Shown here: in pieces, positions 28,301-36,602 of the stretch | How the letters are laid out: each line of letters opens with the position of its first letter | Position numbering within the stretch: position 1 is the first letter of the stretch | Program-made: the position numbers and the translations under genes | From: a virus | Lineage: Duplodnaviria > Caudoviricetes | IMG/VR virus record: IMGVR_UViG_3300024259_001623 | DNA: 64,000 bases | Direction: 5' to 3' (one strand) | The notes under the pieces: generated by a model | Database searches by the model: none | Told to the model about the DNA's origin: nothing | Seen by the model: the letters and a program-made list of their open reading frames with translations, nothing else

Positions 28301-31284
28301 CCAATAGTTTCCGAATTATCGCTATTCAAATTTTGATCAATCTCAAAAACATATCCATCCTGAGTAGACATAGGTAGTTGTATTGGAACTAATTCTTCTT
28401 CTTTTCTCCCAGAATGGTCTATATCTGGTAAAGAACGGGTGTCTGCTTCAGATGTACCAGCTATCGATGGGAATATCTCACCTATTTTATATTTTGATAA
28501 AGTATTCTGTACTTCAGCTAAACCAACACATTCCAAAGAGATATTGGAAGATGGAGTAGGAGAAGCAAAAATGATTCTTCTATTCAAAACATCTACTTCA
28601 AAAAAGATATTAGACCTTTCTCCATCTATATAAGCTATATAAGATGTTGCCCCAGCAAAATCTTCAAGCAAATTTACGTATATAGTATTATCTGTTGTAT
28701 ACCAAGTATCAATAATAATATTTTCGCTTAAATCTATTCTCTTATCTATAGTATTAGATAAAGTTATAGATAGATCGCTATCATCTACTATTCCATCTCC
28801 ATTGTAATCATTTTCTTCAGATGTTTTACTCAAAAAGTTATCCAAAACTCTTTGAACTCTGTAATTATCAACTCCAGCAGTCCTAACATGCTCATGATCA
28901 TCTATGGCAGTCTGCAAAAAGTCATCTGCAACTTTTCCTAATTCTCCTATATCAGTAGACAAATCTGTGAAAGTAAAACTGTTGGTCGTTGGCTGAATTT
29001 TACCAAGTACTATAGAATCTATAGGTGGATTGTCAGTACTCAAAGATGAAACCAATCTAGCCTCATTTCTATATTTTCTTACCATATAATAGTATCTTGT
29101 GTTATTGACTAATAATACATTTCTATCTATGAAAGAAGTTTCATCTTTGTCAGCACTCCCTACTTTTTCCCAAGAATATTTATTACCAGTAGATCTGTAT
29201 ATTTCATATCCATCAAATGAATCATTCGCAGATTCCCAGGAAATTGCAGTATTATATGTTCCATCATTTGTAACAGAAATAGCCCCCATATCAACAAAAG
29301 TATTCAGATCATTAGCGGGATAAGACTGTACAGGGAGCGCTCTAATCAAAGGATAACTCAAAAAACCATCATCAGTAGGATTCAAAGACTCTTTACCATA
29401 TATGTCAACAGTAGTGATAAAATAAGAATATCCTTGTCCGTTCTCAACTGTATAATCTACATATGTTTCATTAGAAGCGTCTATTGTATCTATAAGTGTA
29501 AAATCAGATGCAGCATATCCAAATCTTTTGAAATTAGCTCTCCAAATTTTAAAACTACTGGACGTTCTTTTGTTTACATCTTCCCATCCCAAGAAAATCT
29601 GCTTATCACCATTCATGGCAAATTGTTTTTTAGGAGCGCTCAAAATATCCGTAGATTGAGACCCTGTATTAACCGACAAACTAGTAGAAGAACTTGTAAG
29701 TCCTTCGCCATCAACCGCTTTAACGCTGACAGTATATTTTGTGCTAAAAAACAAAGGTGCGGCAAAAGTGTAAGAACTTTTTCTACCATAATTAGAATCA
29801 GTTAACACATTAGTCGTTATATCTGTTGTCAAATCTTTTGTTGTAACAGTTATTAAGTTGTGATCAAAAGTACTAGAAGAATTAGACCATGTTATTAACA
29901 AATCATTGTCTCTAGCAGAAAACGATAACATATTAGATATAGGACTAGGATTAACAAAATTTGTAGTTTTGATAGAAAACACAATACCAGTATTAGTATT
30001 GTCATTTTCATCTACAGCTTGTACTTTTACAATATAATTTGTTCTAGGAGATATACCTCTGACAGAACCTGATATGCTATATGTTTCTATACTTTTTGAA
30101 AAAGATCCAGATATATTTTCATTTACAAAAACTTCTATAGGATCAGATGATAAATTACCATTTTCTACTATTGTAATCAAAAATTTATCAGCAACAGGTA
30201 AATAAACGCCTATTCCTTCGTCCCAAGATATATTCAACGATATACCTTCATCATTATTTATACTTTGAGACTCAGTTACCTGTAAATTATCAACTTCAGG
30301 CGGTCCTAAATTATTTATAGGAGATATATTAGTTATATAGCCGGAAGAAAGAACTCCATTATCACTAACAGAATATATAGTGGCTTGATACAATATTCCA
30401 TTACTTAAAGATTCAAACACAACTTGATTAGAAGTAGTATTCTTCGTATCAACAGCAGCGACTACGCTTTCATCATCTCCTAACTCGCTCAATGATACTC
30501 TGAAAGATGCAATATTATTAAAATCAGGAGTTTCCCAAGCGAATTGAACAAATCCATTACCGGCAAAAGACATAATGCTATTTGGATTAGGTGGAGGAGT
30601 CAAATTCAGCGGAGTTGTATCTGTAACAACTGCTGATGGATTACTTATATTCCCACTCAAATCTACAGACCGAATTCTATAAAAATACGCTGTATTTTCC
30701 GCTACAGAATCATCATCATATAAAGCAGTCGTTGTTGTAGTAAGATTTGTATAAGAAACGCCATCCGGACTTCTCTGAACTATATAATGCGAAAAATCTA
30801 CTTCTGCATTCTCATCCCATATCAACGATACATTTCCAAAAGATATCGAATCAATACTAGGATTGATAGGAATAGCTGGAGCAGATGTATCAGTATTCAA
30901 AATACTAGCCCTGTCAGAAAAAGCACTAAAACTAGCTATGTAATTTCTTTTTCTTTGCATATACAGATAAACTGTCTGCCCGCAATTTAATTCGATCTCT
31001 AATTCACCGAAAGTTCTCACATAGAATCTATCTATAAACCCTGCTCCGGACAGAACTCTTACAGTAAACGTGCTGTCAGACCCACAAGATACTACAGGGC
31101 CAGCAGATGAGCCTGAGCTTTCATCTAAGACGCTCCATCCTTCTACAATTCCATTTCCTACCAAGTCTGATAAAAAAGCAAGCTGATTATCTACGATTTT
31201 AAATCTTCTTCTATCTTCAGAAGAAGAATATGCGTCGCCGGCATAAAAAGCAGCTAATCCATATTTTTTAGTATATAAAGGCAT
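25333..31284 (-). CDS. Giant virion protein: multiple FN3 domains and beta-propeller(s)
   Basis: FN3 signatures (VSLIWD...YIVQRS...YFYRIRSVDLSGNIS) repeated in the N-terminal third; BNR/propeller-like STNSGASW, ISTDIGVY blades later. 1983 aa. Confidence 0.8.
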   Translation of the reverse strand: MPLYTKKYGLAAFYAGDAYSSSEDRRRFKIVDNQLAFLSDLVGNGIVEGWSVLDESSGSSAGPVVSCGSDSTFTVRVLSGAGFIDRFYVRTFGELEIELNCGQTVYLYMQRKRNYIASFSAFSDRASILNTDTSAPAIPINPSIDSISFGNVSLIWDENAEVDFSHYIVQRSPDGVSYTNLTTTTTALYDDDSVAENTAYFYRIRSVDLSGNISNPSAVVTDTTPLNLTPPPNPNSIMSFAGNGFVQFAWETPDFNNIASFRVSLSELGDDESVVAAVDTKNTTSNQVVFESLSNGILYQATIYSVSDNGVLSSGYITNISPINNLGPPEVDNLQVTESQSINNDEGISLNISWDEGIGVYLPVADKFLITIVENGNLSSDPIEVFVNENISGSFSKSIETYSISGSVRGISPRTNYIVKVQAVDENDNTNTGIVFSIKTTNFVNPSPISNMLSFSARDNDLLITWSNSSSTFDHNLITVTTKDLTTDITTNVLTDSNYGRKSSYTFAAPLFFSTKYTVSVKAVDGEGLTSSSTSLSVNTGSQSTDILSAPKKQFAMNGDKQIFLGWEDVNKRTSSSFKIWRANFKRFGYAASDFTLIDTIDASNETYVDYTVENGQGYSYFITTVDIYGKESLNPTDDGFLSYPLIRALPVQSYPANDLNTFVDMGAISVTNDGTYNTAISWESANDSFDGYEIYRSTGNKYSWEKVGSADKDETSFIDRNVLLVNNTRYYYMVRKYRNEARLVSSLSTDNPPIDSIVLGKIQPTTNSFTFTDLSTDIGELGKVADDFLQTAIDDHEHVRTAGVDNYRVQRVLDNFLSKTSEENDYNGDGIVDDSDLSITLSNTIDKRIDLSENIIIDTWYTTDNTIYVNLLEDFAGATSYIAYIDGERSNIFFEVDVLNRRIIFASPTPSSNISLECVGLAEVQNTLSKYKIGEIFPSIAGTSEADTRSLPDIDHSGRKEEELVPIQLPMSTQDGYVFEIDQNLNSDNSETIGSSITFYDVTTVSGDSAVNQYFASGYFPPNYFPPGFLYVSSTPAEVLTSGYFTIGVFPPNYFPLGYFPGIDVTPPLVAATSKGIMYSTNSGASWNLALETDGVVHKLYYSSVSDSYFALGFGFVYTSKNGITWSKIEGIRGVSVCRDIAEKSDGTIYISTDIGVYEISFATLNEFPAFTQTRLMSGISSNCFGMLVRFNNVIVSTEIGLFQLDDGETVWEAIDEYVEKNPIHQFIVDGFYIFALAECNIWRKLNTDSEYTMVASLNCNEARRFVIFDDGGTDRLMVATDNGIHISSDDIKTSSAISFDEVGVPDDNSNRGINIATSLNVIGSNIYIGSDNQFSSGVSNLNNVTKVFEESSVITPSIYVDKNRREIGAYYSIPNNSVSFDIRIDDSSIVSVANQYMLYKIKNTTWFDQKYDSVIGFKRNYASYYDNIGATTSAVEESLSSVSFDDFTEDNSNLSRANGYIADYGVDLLRLQNVIAGTEILTGDETIYDVVGDIVDDFYKVYAQRYKKVRFFVDAQIDSVDYKIIDYDRFLASTVGEDFSSSEYDLVEMIPAVSPSISVFESSKNEVTFIDASSGIFVFENNFDKYDVISITLEGTSIRHGGIFTHEELEDDVFEIIDSGLSTALSEVQQSNIVNMGIFLEETYPDEQENNVDECGVDLTTPVNSKYIISTDSNWYDTLNSTVDYIEEKSIIGDYINVDYVLDAKYFDDEGVVLIAHLDGLVSMDKDDFSLSNVVFDADANNSTVNNILIDDDDVYIVTRSNIYKTQDLSNWERIIIRGITGDINKIDTFKGNLVVSTDDGIFYKESDRREWHLVLSTSDVTNMLSTNLLYVVDNDELKYSLDGFVWNSSGLLNDQINDMVKYKVNIAMGSNTGLRYDNTTFPSGNAQTSVVDVLGNLTASELLVVNSVALKSDGISFVAFANNGSYYTTTDGSTFSATSTGLTTIHKGLYVDNDIWAFGYGLLKVSSESDPIKISNGKEI
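28115..28225. repeat. 21-nt exact direct repeat (GGGAAATAGTTAGGAGGAAAA) at 90-nt spacing, encoding FPPNYFP twice
   Basis: Copies at 28115-28135 and 28205-28225. Confidence 0.9.
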
Positions 31285-31293
31285 TCATATATC

Positions 31294-32919
31294 CTATATA
31301 TTTAATTGCATTTTAGAGTTATTTTCCATTTCAAACATAAAAGCTAGATTCTTGATCTGAGGCAAATATCCATATTGATTGCAGAAACCACTTCCCTGAG
31401 TAGTCAAAAAAGTGAATCCTGATTCTTCATTAGTAAAAGTTGTCCCATCCCATACATCTATTATTACATAGTATACCTTGAATGGAACAAATACAGACAA
31501 GTCTGGATAATATGAAACAATAACAGATTGACTAGGATTAACAGTATATCCACAATCAAGAATAGGATCAACATCATTTATAAGCCAATTATTCTGATCA
31601 TTTTGGCTAAAAGCTGTATAAAATAAATCTGTAGTACCAGCGTCATTGTACCATCTTACTCTAAAATGAACATCAACTGCCGCAACAGATTCATTAATAA
31701 AATTAAAATCAATTATATCTTCAAAAGAAGCATCATATGGATCAAAAGGATTAATGCTACTATTATGAATTAATTTTGCTCCAACTCTAAGATTTTCTTC
31801 TACAGCATTTACAATATTAACCTTATCTATATCTATTACATCATAATCATCAAAATCAACAGAATTAGTAGTATTTACTCCCCAAATTATTTGAGAGCCA
31901 GCCGGTATAGACTGGTTAGCAGTCAAAATTATCCTATTAGCTTTATCATTCAAAGAGAAGTTATCAGTGAAAAAATAAGTTGTATTTGTATTAGTAGGCA
32001 AACCTACTATACATTGATTAGAATCATTTACAAAAACCGTACTATTAGCTTCATCTATTAATCCACTATTAACCCCAGGAATAATAGATATTTCATTGAA
32101 AAAGAACTGATCTACAGAGGAATATGTATATTTCAGGAATAGAGTCTGTTGCATCAAATTCAAAGATGCTATTTCTCCCAACAAACCATCATTAAACAAA
32201 TCATCTTGATCTAAATCTAATTCCGCTGCTAATGTATCTAGTTGAGCATGAGTTAAAACACCTATATTAGTCAAATTCTTATGATTAATAATAGGCATTC
32301 TTGTGCTATCAAACCTGCCAGATGTTATCTTAGACATATCGAAATCTTCTAATTTCGCACCTGGTAACTCATTTTTTGTATCTTTTATCAAATCTATTTT
32401 AGATGGAGTTCCTCTATGTTTATGAGAATCAATTTCACTAGTAATAGATGCTTCAAAATCAACCATCTCTCTAACGCTATTATCTATAGATGTAATACCG
32501 TTCTCAGATGTTACAACTGTAGCTATCAATATAGCTGTAGAGTTAGGAGCAGAAGCTCTAGTCACAAAAGATACCTTTCTATTTGTGACAGTAGACCCTT
32601 CTTTGATGGCATAGATATTAAATGTAGAAGAAGGAGTCAAAGAATCTAGAGAGACTGCTGAAGACGTTTCAGAGGCCACAGAATCGATTATTCCCATCCC
32701 GTTAGTAATACCTACCGATATCCCCTTAGTCTCGTTAAAACCGTTATCAAATACATCCCAACCTGAGATAGTTCCATTGCCGAATACAGAATACAATCCA
32801 TATAGTTGTCTATCTATACTCGTAAATCTATCTATTTCTTTTTGTACATTGATCCCAAAATCTAAACGATCTGAAAAATCAAAAAACGCTAATTTATAAA
32901 ATGGAGTCTTGCCTGCCAT
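31294..32919 (-). CDS. Virion/baseplate protein; N-terminus paralogous to the 1983-aa protein
   Basis: RFTSIDRQL...FGNGTISGWDV versus RFKIVDNQL...VGNGIVEGWSV; position in tail module. Confidence 0.7.
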   Translation of the reverse strand: MAGKTPFYKLAFFDFSDRLDFGINVQKEIDRFTSIDRQLYGLYSVFGNGTISGWDVFDNGFNETKGISVGITNGMGIIDSVASETSSAVSLDSLTPSSTFNIYAIKEGSTVTNRKVSFVTRASAPNSTAILIATVVTSENGITSIDNSVREMVDFEASITSEIDSHKHRGTPSKIDLIKDTKNELPGAKLEDFDMSKITSGRFDSTRMPIINHKNLTNIGVLTHAQLDTLAAELDLDQDDLFNDGLLGEIASLNLMQQTLFLKYTYSSVDQFFFNEISIIPGVNSGLIDEANSTVFVNDSNQCIVGLPTNTNTTYFFTDNFSLNDKANRIILTANQSIPAGSQIIWGVNTTNSVDFDDYDVIDIDKVNIVNAVEENLRVGAKLIHNSSINPFDPYDASFEDIIDFNFINESVAAVDVHFRVRWYNDAGTTDLFYTAFSQNDQNNWLINDVDPILDCGYTVNPSQSVIVSYYPDLSVFVPFKVYYVIIDVWDGTTFTNEESGFTFLTTQGSGFCNQYGYLPQIKNLAFMFEMENNSKMQLNI

Positions 32920-32939
32920 TATTTATTAACTCCTTATCC

Positions 32940-33170
32940 TTACTGTACGGTAGGAGGAACTGTGTTAGGACCACCAACTACATATTTAACTTCATCGGAT
33001 GTATCTCCATATCTCATAAACTGATTCGTCCCTAAACCTCTATAACCACTCAAGATAACATTTTTAGCCGTATCTGTGTCTCTATCTTTTATAATTAATT
33101 CTTCAACTCTTTTGTCTATGAAATTTTTTATTTTATCTACAAAAACATCTGTTTTTTCATTATTAGCCAT
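32940..33170 (-). CDS. Small hypothetical protein in tail module
   Basis: 76 aa, plausible SD, packed between tail genes. Confidence 0.7.
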   Translation of the reverse strand: MANNEKTDVFVDKIKNFIDKRVEELIIKDRDTDTAKNVILSGYRGLGTNQFMRYGDTSDEVKYVVGGPNTVPPTVQ

Positions 33171-33215
33171 AAATTCACTCTCTATATACTTTGAGCCTAT
33201 TGAATATATTAAAAA

Positions 33216-36200
33216 TTATGAGTACGTTTCCTCTGACCCATACCATTCACCTTCAACATTTTGCCACCATAAATTCTTTTGAGGGTCTATTTCTGAACTA
33301 ACATTAGTTATAATTATATTTTGACCATCAACATTTGCTATATCAAAACATCTAGCAGGAACTCCATAACTTTGAAATTTATAAACAATAGGAGCCTTGA
33401 AGAATTTTGAATAATGATCAGCCAATGCTTGTAAAGTATTCAAACTGCCGAATATACCTTCTTGCTGCAAATATACTTTCTTATATCCAAGGAACCCTGG
33501 AGAAGAACTATCATAAATAGATTCCCAATTAACCTTGTCATAAATAGCTAATTCTCTTTCAGGTGTAGAAGTCATTAAGTGAATAATATTAAAAGTATCT
33601 GAAACCGTTCTTTGTCTAACAATATTATCGAATATTAATTGACCGGCACCATCAGGACTTCTAGTATACTGCCATAAAGGTTCTACATCATTTGCTTCTC
33701 CACCACCATATAAATATTCATCATATGGTAAATTCTCATAATGAAAAACTCCATACGAATCAAAAAATGCAACCTTTCCTGCTTTTTTGGTTATTTTCTG
33801 TATAACCTGCCAATATGGAGTTCCATCCTGGAATTTGAAAAATGCCTCTTTCAATCTTGCATAAGAATTAGGCAAAACATAAACAGTATTGAAACTTCCT
33901 CTTCCGTCCTGCGTCTGCAATCTAACTTCTGTTAAATCTGTACTAGCTAGTTGCTTCAATAATGACGCTGGACCAGCGTTACCTGTGTCTCCTACCTCAG
34001 TATCTTTCATTCCAACCATCTGCAATAATGTATATATTGCATTAGTATCTCTCATACCATCCAAAAATGGAGAATTAAATATATATGATTCCTGTAATAT
34101 CTTAGTGTAATCTACTATCTGACAAGACATAGTTCTCCTGCCAGCACTTTCATTTATGGTTCCTCCTAAACATAAACCAGTAAATAATTTATATCCCTCG
34201 TTTATATTCAATTTAGTATAATTACAATCTAAATATCCTGCATATACTTCTATATAAAATGCTCTATTTCTCAAATTATATAATTTATTAACAACATCAT
34301 CTGAAGATTCCATACCTTTATTCAATAGAAATTCAATTGTTGCTGAATGATTCATAGAGTGAAAATCTGATGATGAGTAACTCTCACTATATTTCATCAC
34401 CAAATCAGTCGCGTCAATAGCATCTACTTCCCAAGCATCTTCCCTATTAGGAACAGCAACCATTCTAAAATTAGTTAAAATAGGTGTTTTACAAGCATCT
34501 AAAATCCATCCTCCTTCCATATCATGACCACCGGCAGTCATTTTAGCCTTAATATTATACGAGAATGTATGTTTATATCCCTGCTTTTCTTCATCTACCT
34601 GTACATTTTGAGCCTCTAATTCTATTTTAGAAGCGAATTCATCTTCAGGTTTCTTAGTTACTTCATCTTTTTCACCAAATCCCCCCGAAGCTTTTATATA
34701 CTTTCCTAATATAATATAATGACTTATAGCGTCTGACTGCAACTTACTAGCGTTGACAGTCCCAGAATCTACATTCATTCTAAATTTAATCTCAGATACA
34801 ATTTGAGCATCACATGTAAATAATGGATCTCTATTGGATGACTGCGAATTATCATTAGATGATTCATTTATGTCAAGGTCTTGTTCTCCATTTGCTGCAT
34901 CTTCTGTTGATTCTGTTTCTGCGTCTTCGCTACTATTGCTGGCTCCGCTATTAGCAGAACCTTGTCCACCGATATCTATATTAGAAAGTAAAGCATATCC
35001 CGTTTCTGATCCAAAAAACGGCAATTCATATTTAGGAATTTTTTCAGTTACTTCTAGCTCTTCGTCTTCTCCTTCTCCAGTTGTAGAAGTAGTAACTTTT
35101 ACTTCTGATTCTGTTTTCATTTGAGGAGGTAAAAGTATATCGCCTGTTTTTTTATATTGCAGCGGTGAGAAACAAAAACTAGAAGATATATTTCCTCCCC
35201 AAACACCTATTATAGCCGAAGGTACAACTAAAAAATTATTTTTACTAACATCTTCATTATTTGGTTCATCATTGACTTTTTTAAATCTATTAACAATTGG
35301 TCCTGGAGGATTAATAATCCAAGGGTTTTCTCTATCTCCGTCAAAATAAACAACTATAGATCCTAAATGGTTTCTGACCGTCATTGTCCATTTATCTTTA
35401 TTTATTAAGGCATCTCCTATAAACTTATCATATACTCCTAGATTATATGTTATAGCTTTACCTTGTTCATTTCTCTTCATTAAAACACAAGTTGGATAAG
35501 CTTTTTGAGTAAAAATAAAGAACAATATATCTTTATCTTCATTTGGCCCTATTTCTACGACATAATAAGCTTGTTTATTGAAATCGTAAATTTTTCTACT
35601 ATCTTCAATAGCTTTATATTCTTTGACCTTTATTGTTTTTTTTGACTCTTCTTCTATCTTTTCTTTAAAAACAGTTTCATACCTAACAACTGCTTGATTT
35701 GCAGGAACATCTTCTCCATCTGCAACATAATTAGCATCTAAGAAGAAATAAGGATAATCATCTCCCCTTTCATAATACAATCTACTATACGAATTAAACT
35801 TTTCTGAATCAATATTAGATAAATCTGTTGCTATTGTATTTTTTCTAAAAGTAATAAAAAAATCTTCGCCAGTGAATAAAGGTTCTTCTTTTTCTGCTCT
35901 CCAATGTATACCTTTTTCATTATCTGGATTAGATGAATGACTTCCTATATATAAAACATTAGAATCTTCGACCTCATTATCATTCTTCTTTGTAACATCT
36001 TCATTCTCGGTTTCAGGATTATCCATAGCCTCATTATGTCTTATATAACGCCATAAAGCCCTATTCTTAGCTTCACTCGGATCGACATTAGAACCGTCTA
36101 AAGGGCCATGTAGAAAATCATCAAATACACTGTTAGTAGCATTAAATGTTTGTTCTGTTTTATAAATTGGCTCAGTATCTGTTATTTCTGGATAAATATT

Positions 36201-36554
36201 TTCTACTTCTTTGTCTTTAACTTTCAAAAAATTAGATCTATATCTATAAATCTCTCTTAGATACATACCATTTAAACCAGGGATAGATACAAAATTATCT
36301 CTATCTTCATCTCTAAAAGTCTTCACAGTTTCATCGTTAAATGTGATATTATCTTCTACAAGAAACTTCTGCATCATAGGACAAAAAGCATTGATCAGGC
36401 ATATCATTGCTACATTGCCAGCATTATAATTCATAAATCCATCAGAATGCTTATCCTGCGGGATACCCGGGATATCATTCTGTACAGATAAACCTTTTGG
36501 TGGCTTAGAGCTATTGCCATCTGGTGATTGAGGAGTTTGATTATCAGTTGCCAT
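33216..36554 (-). CDS. Baseplate hub-like (gp27/GpD-like) tail protein
   Basis: C-terminal LFTGLC...SCQIVDYTKIL...YWQVIQKITKKAGKVAFFDSYGVFHY resembles hub proteins; 1112 aa, two genes downstream of the tape measure gene region. Confidence 0.6.
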   Translation of the reverse strand: MATDNQTPQSPDGNSSKPPKGLSVQNDIPGIPQDKHSDGFMNYNAGNVAMICLINAFCPMMQKFLVEDNITFNDETVKTFRDEDRDNFVSIPGLNGMYLREIYRYRSNFLKVKDKEVENIYPEITDTEPIYKTEQTFNATNSVFDDFLHGPLDGSNVDPSEAKNRALWRYIRHNEAMDNPETENEDVTKKNDNEVEDSNVLYIGSHSSNPDNEKGIHWRAEKEEPLFTGEDFFITFRKNTIATDLSNIDSEKFNSYSRLYYERGDDYPYFFLDANYVADGEDVPANQAVVRYETVFKEKIEEESKKTIKVKEYKAIEDSRKIYDFNKQAYYVVEIGPNEDKDILFFIFTQKAYPTCVLMKRNEQGKAITYNLGVYDKFIGDALINKDKWTMTVRNHLGSIVVYFDGDRENPWIINPPGPIVNRFKKVNDEPNNEDVSKNNFLVVPSAIIGVWGGNISSSFCFSPLQYKKTGDILLPPQMKTESEVKVTTSTTGEGEDEELEVTEKIPKYELPFFGSETGYALLSNIDIGGQGSANSGASNSSEDAETESTEDAANGEQDLDINESSNDNSQSSNRDPLFTCDAQIVSEIKFRMNVDSGTVNASKLQSDAISHYIILGKYIKASGGFGEKDEVTKKPEDEFASKIELEAQNVQVDEEKQGYKHTFSYNIKAKMTAGGHDMEGGWILDACKTPILTNFRMVAVPNREDAWEVDAIDATDLVMKYSESYSSSDFHSMNHSATIEFLLNKGMESSDDVVNKLYNLRNRAFYIEVYAGYLDCNYTKLNINEGYKLFTGLCLGGTINESAGRRTMSCQIVDYTKILQESYIFNSPFLDGMRDTNAIYTLLQMVGMKDTEVGDTGNAGPASLLKQLASTDLTEVRLQTQDGRGSFNTVYVLPNSYARLKEAFFKFQDGTPYWQVIQKITKKAGKVAFFDSYGVFHYENLPYDEYLYGGGEANDVEPLWQYTRSPDGAGQLIFDNIVRQRTVSDTFNIIHLMTSTPERELAIYDKVNWESIYDSSSPGFLGYKKVYLQQEGIFGSLNTLQALADHYSKFFKAPIVYKFQSYGVPARCFDIANVDGQNIIITNVSSEIDPQKNLWWQNVEGEWYGSEETYS

Positions 36555-36579
36555 AATGTATCCTTTTAAATCTTATTAT

Positions 36580-36586
36580 ATTATCG
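36580..36586 (-). promoter_or_regulatory. Candidate phage late-promoter motif CGATAAT
   Basis: Intergenic, 25 nt upstream of ATG 36554; same 7-mer recurs in two other intergenic gaps. Confidence 0.4.
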
Positions 36587-36602
36587 TAATTATTTATATA
36601 TT

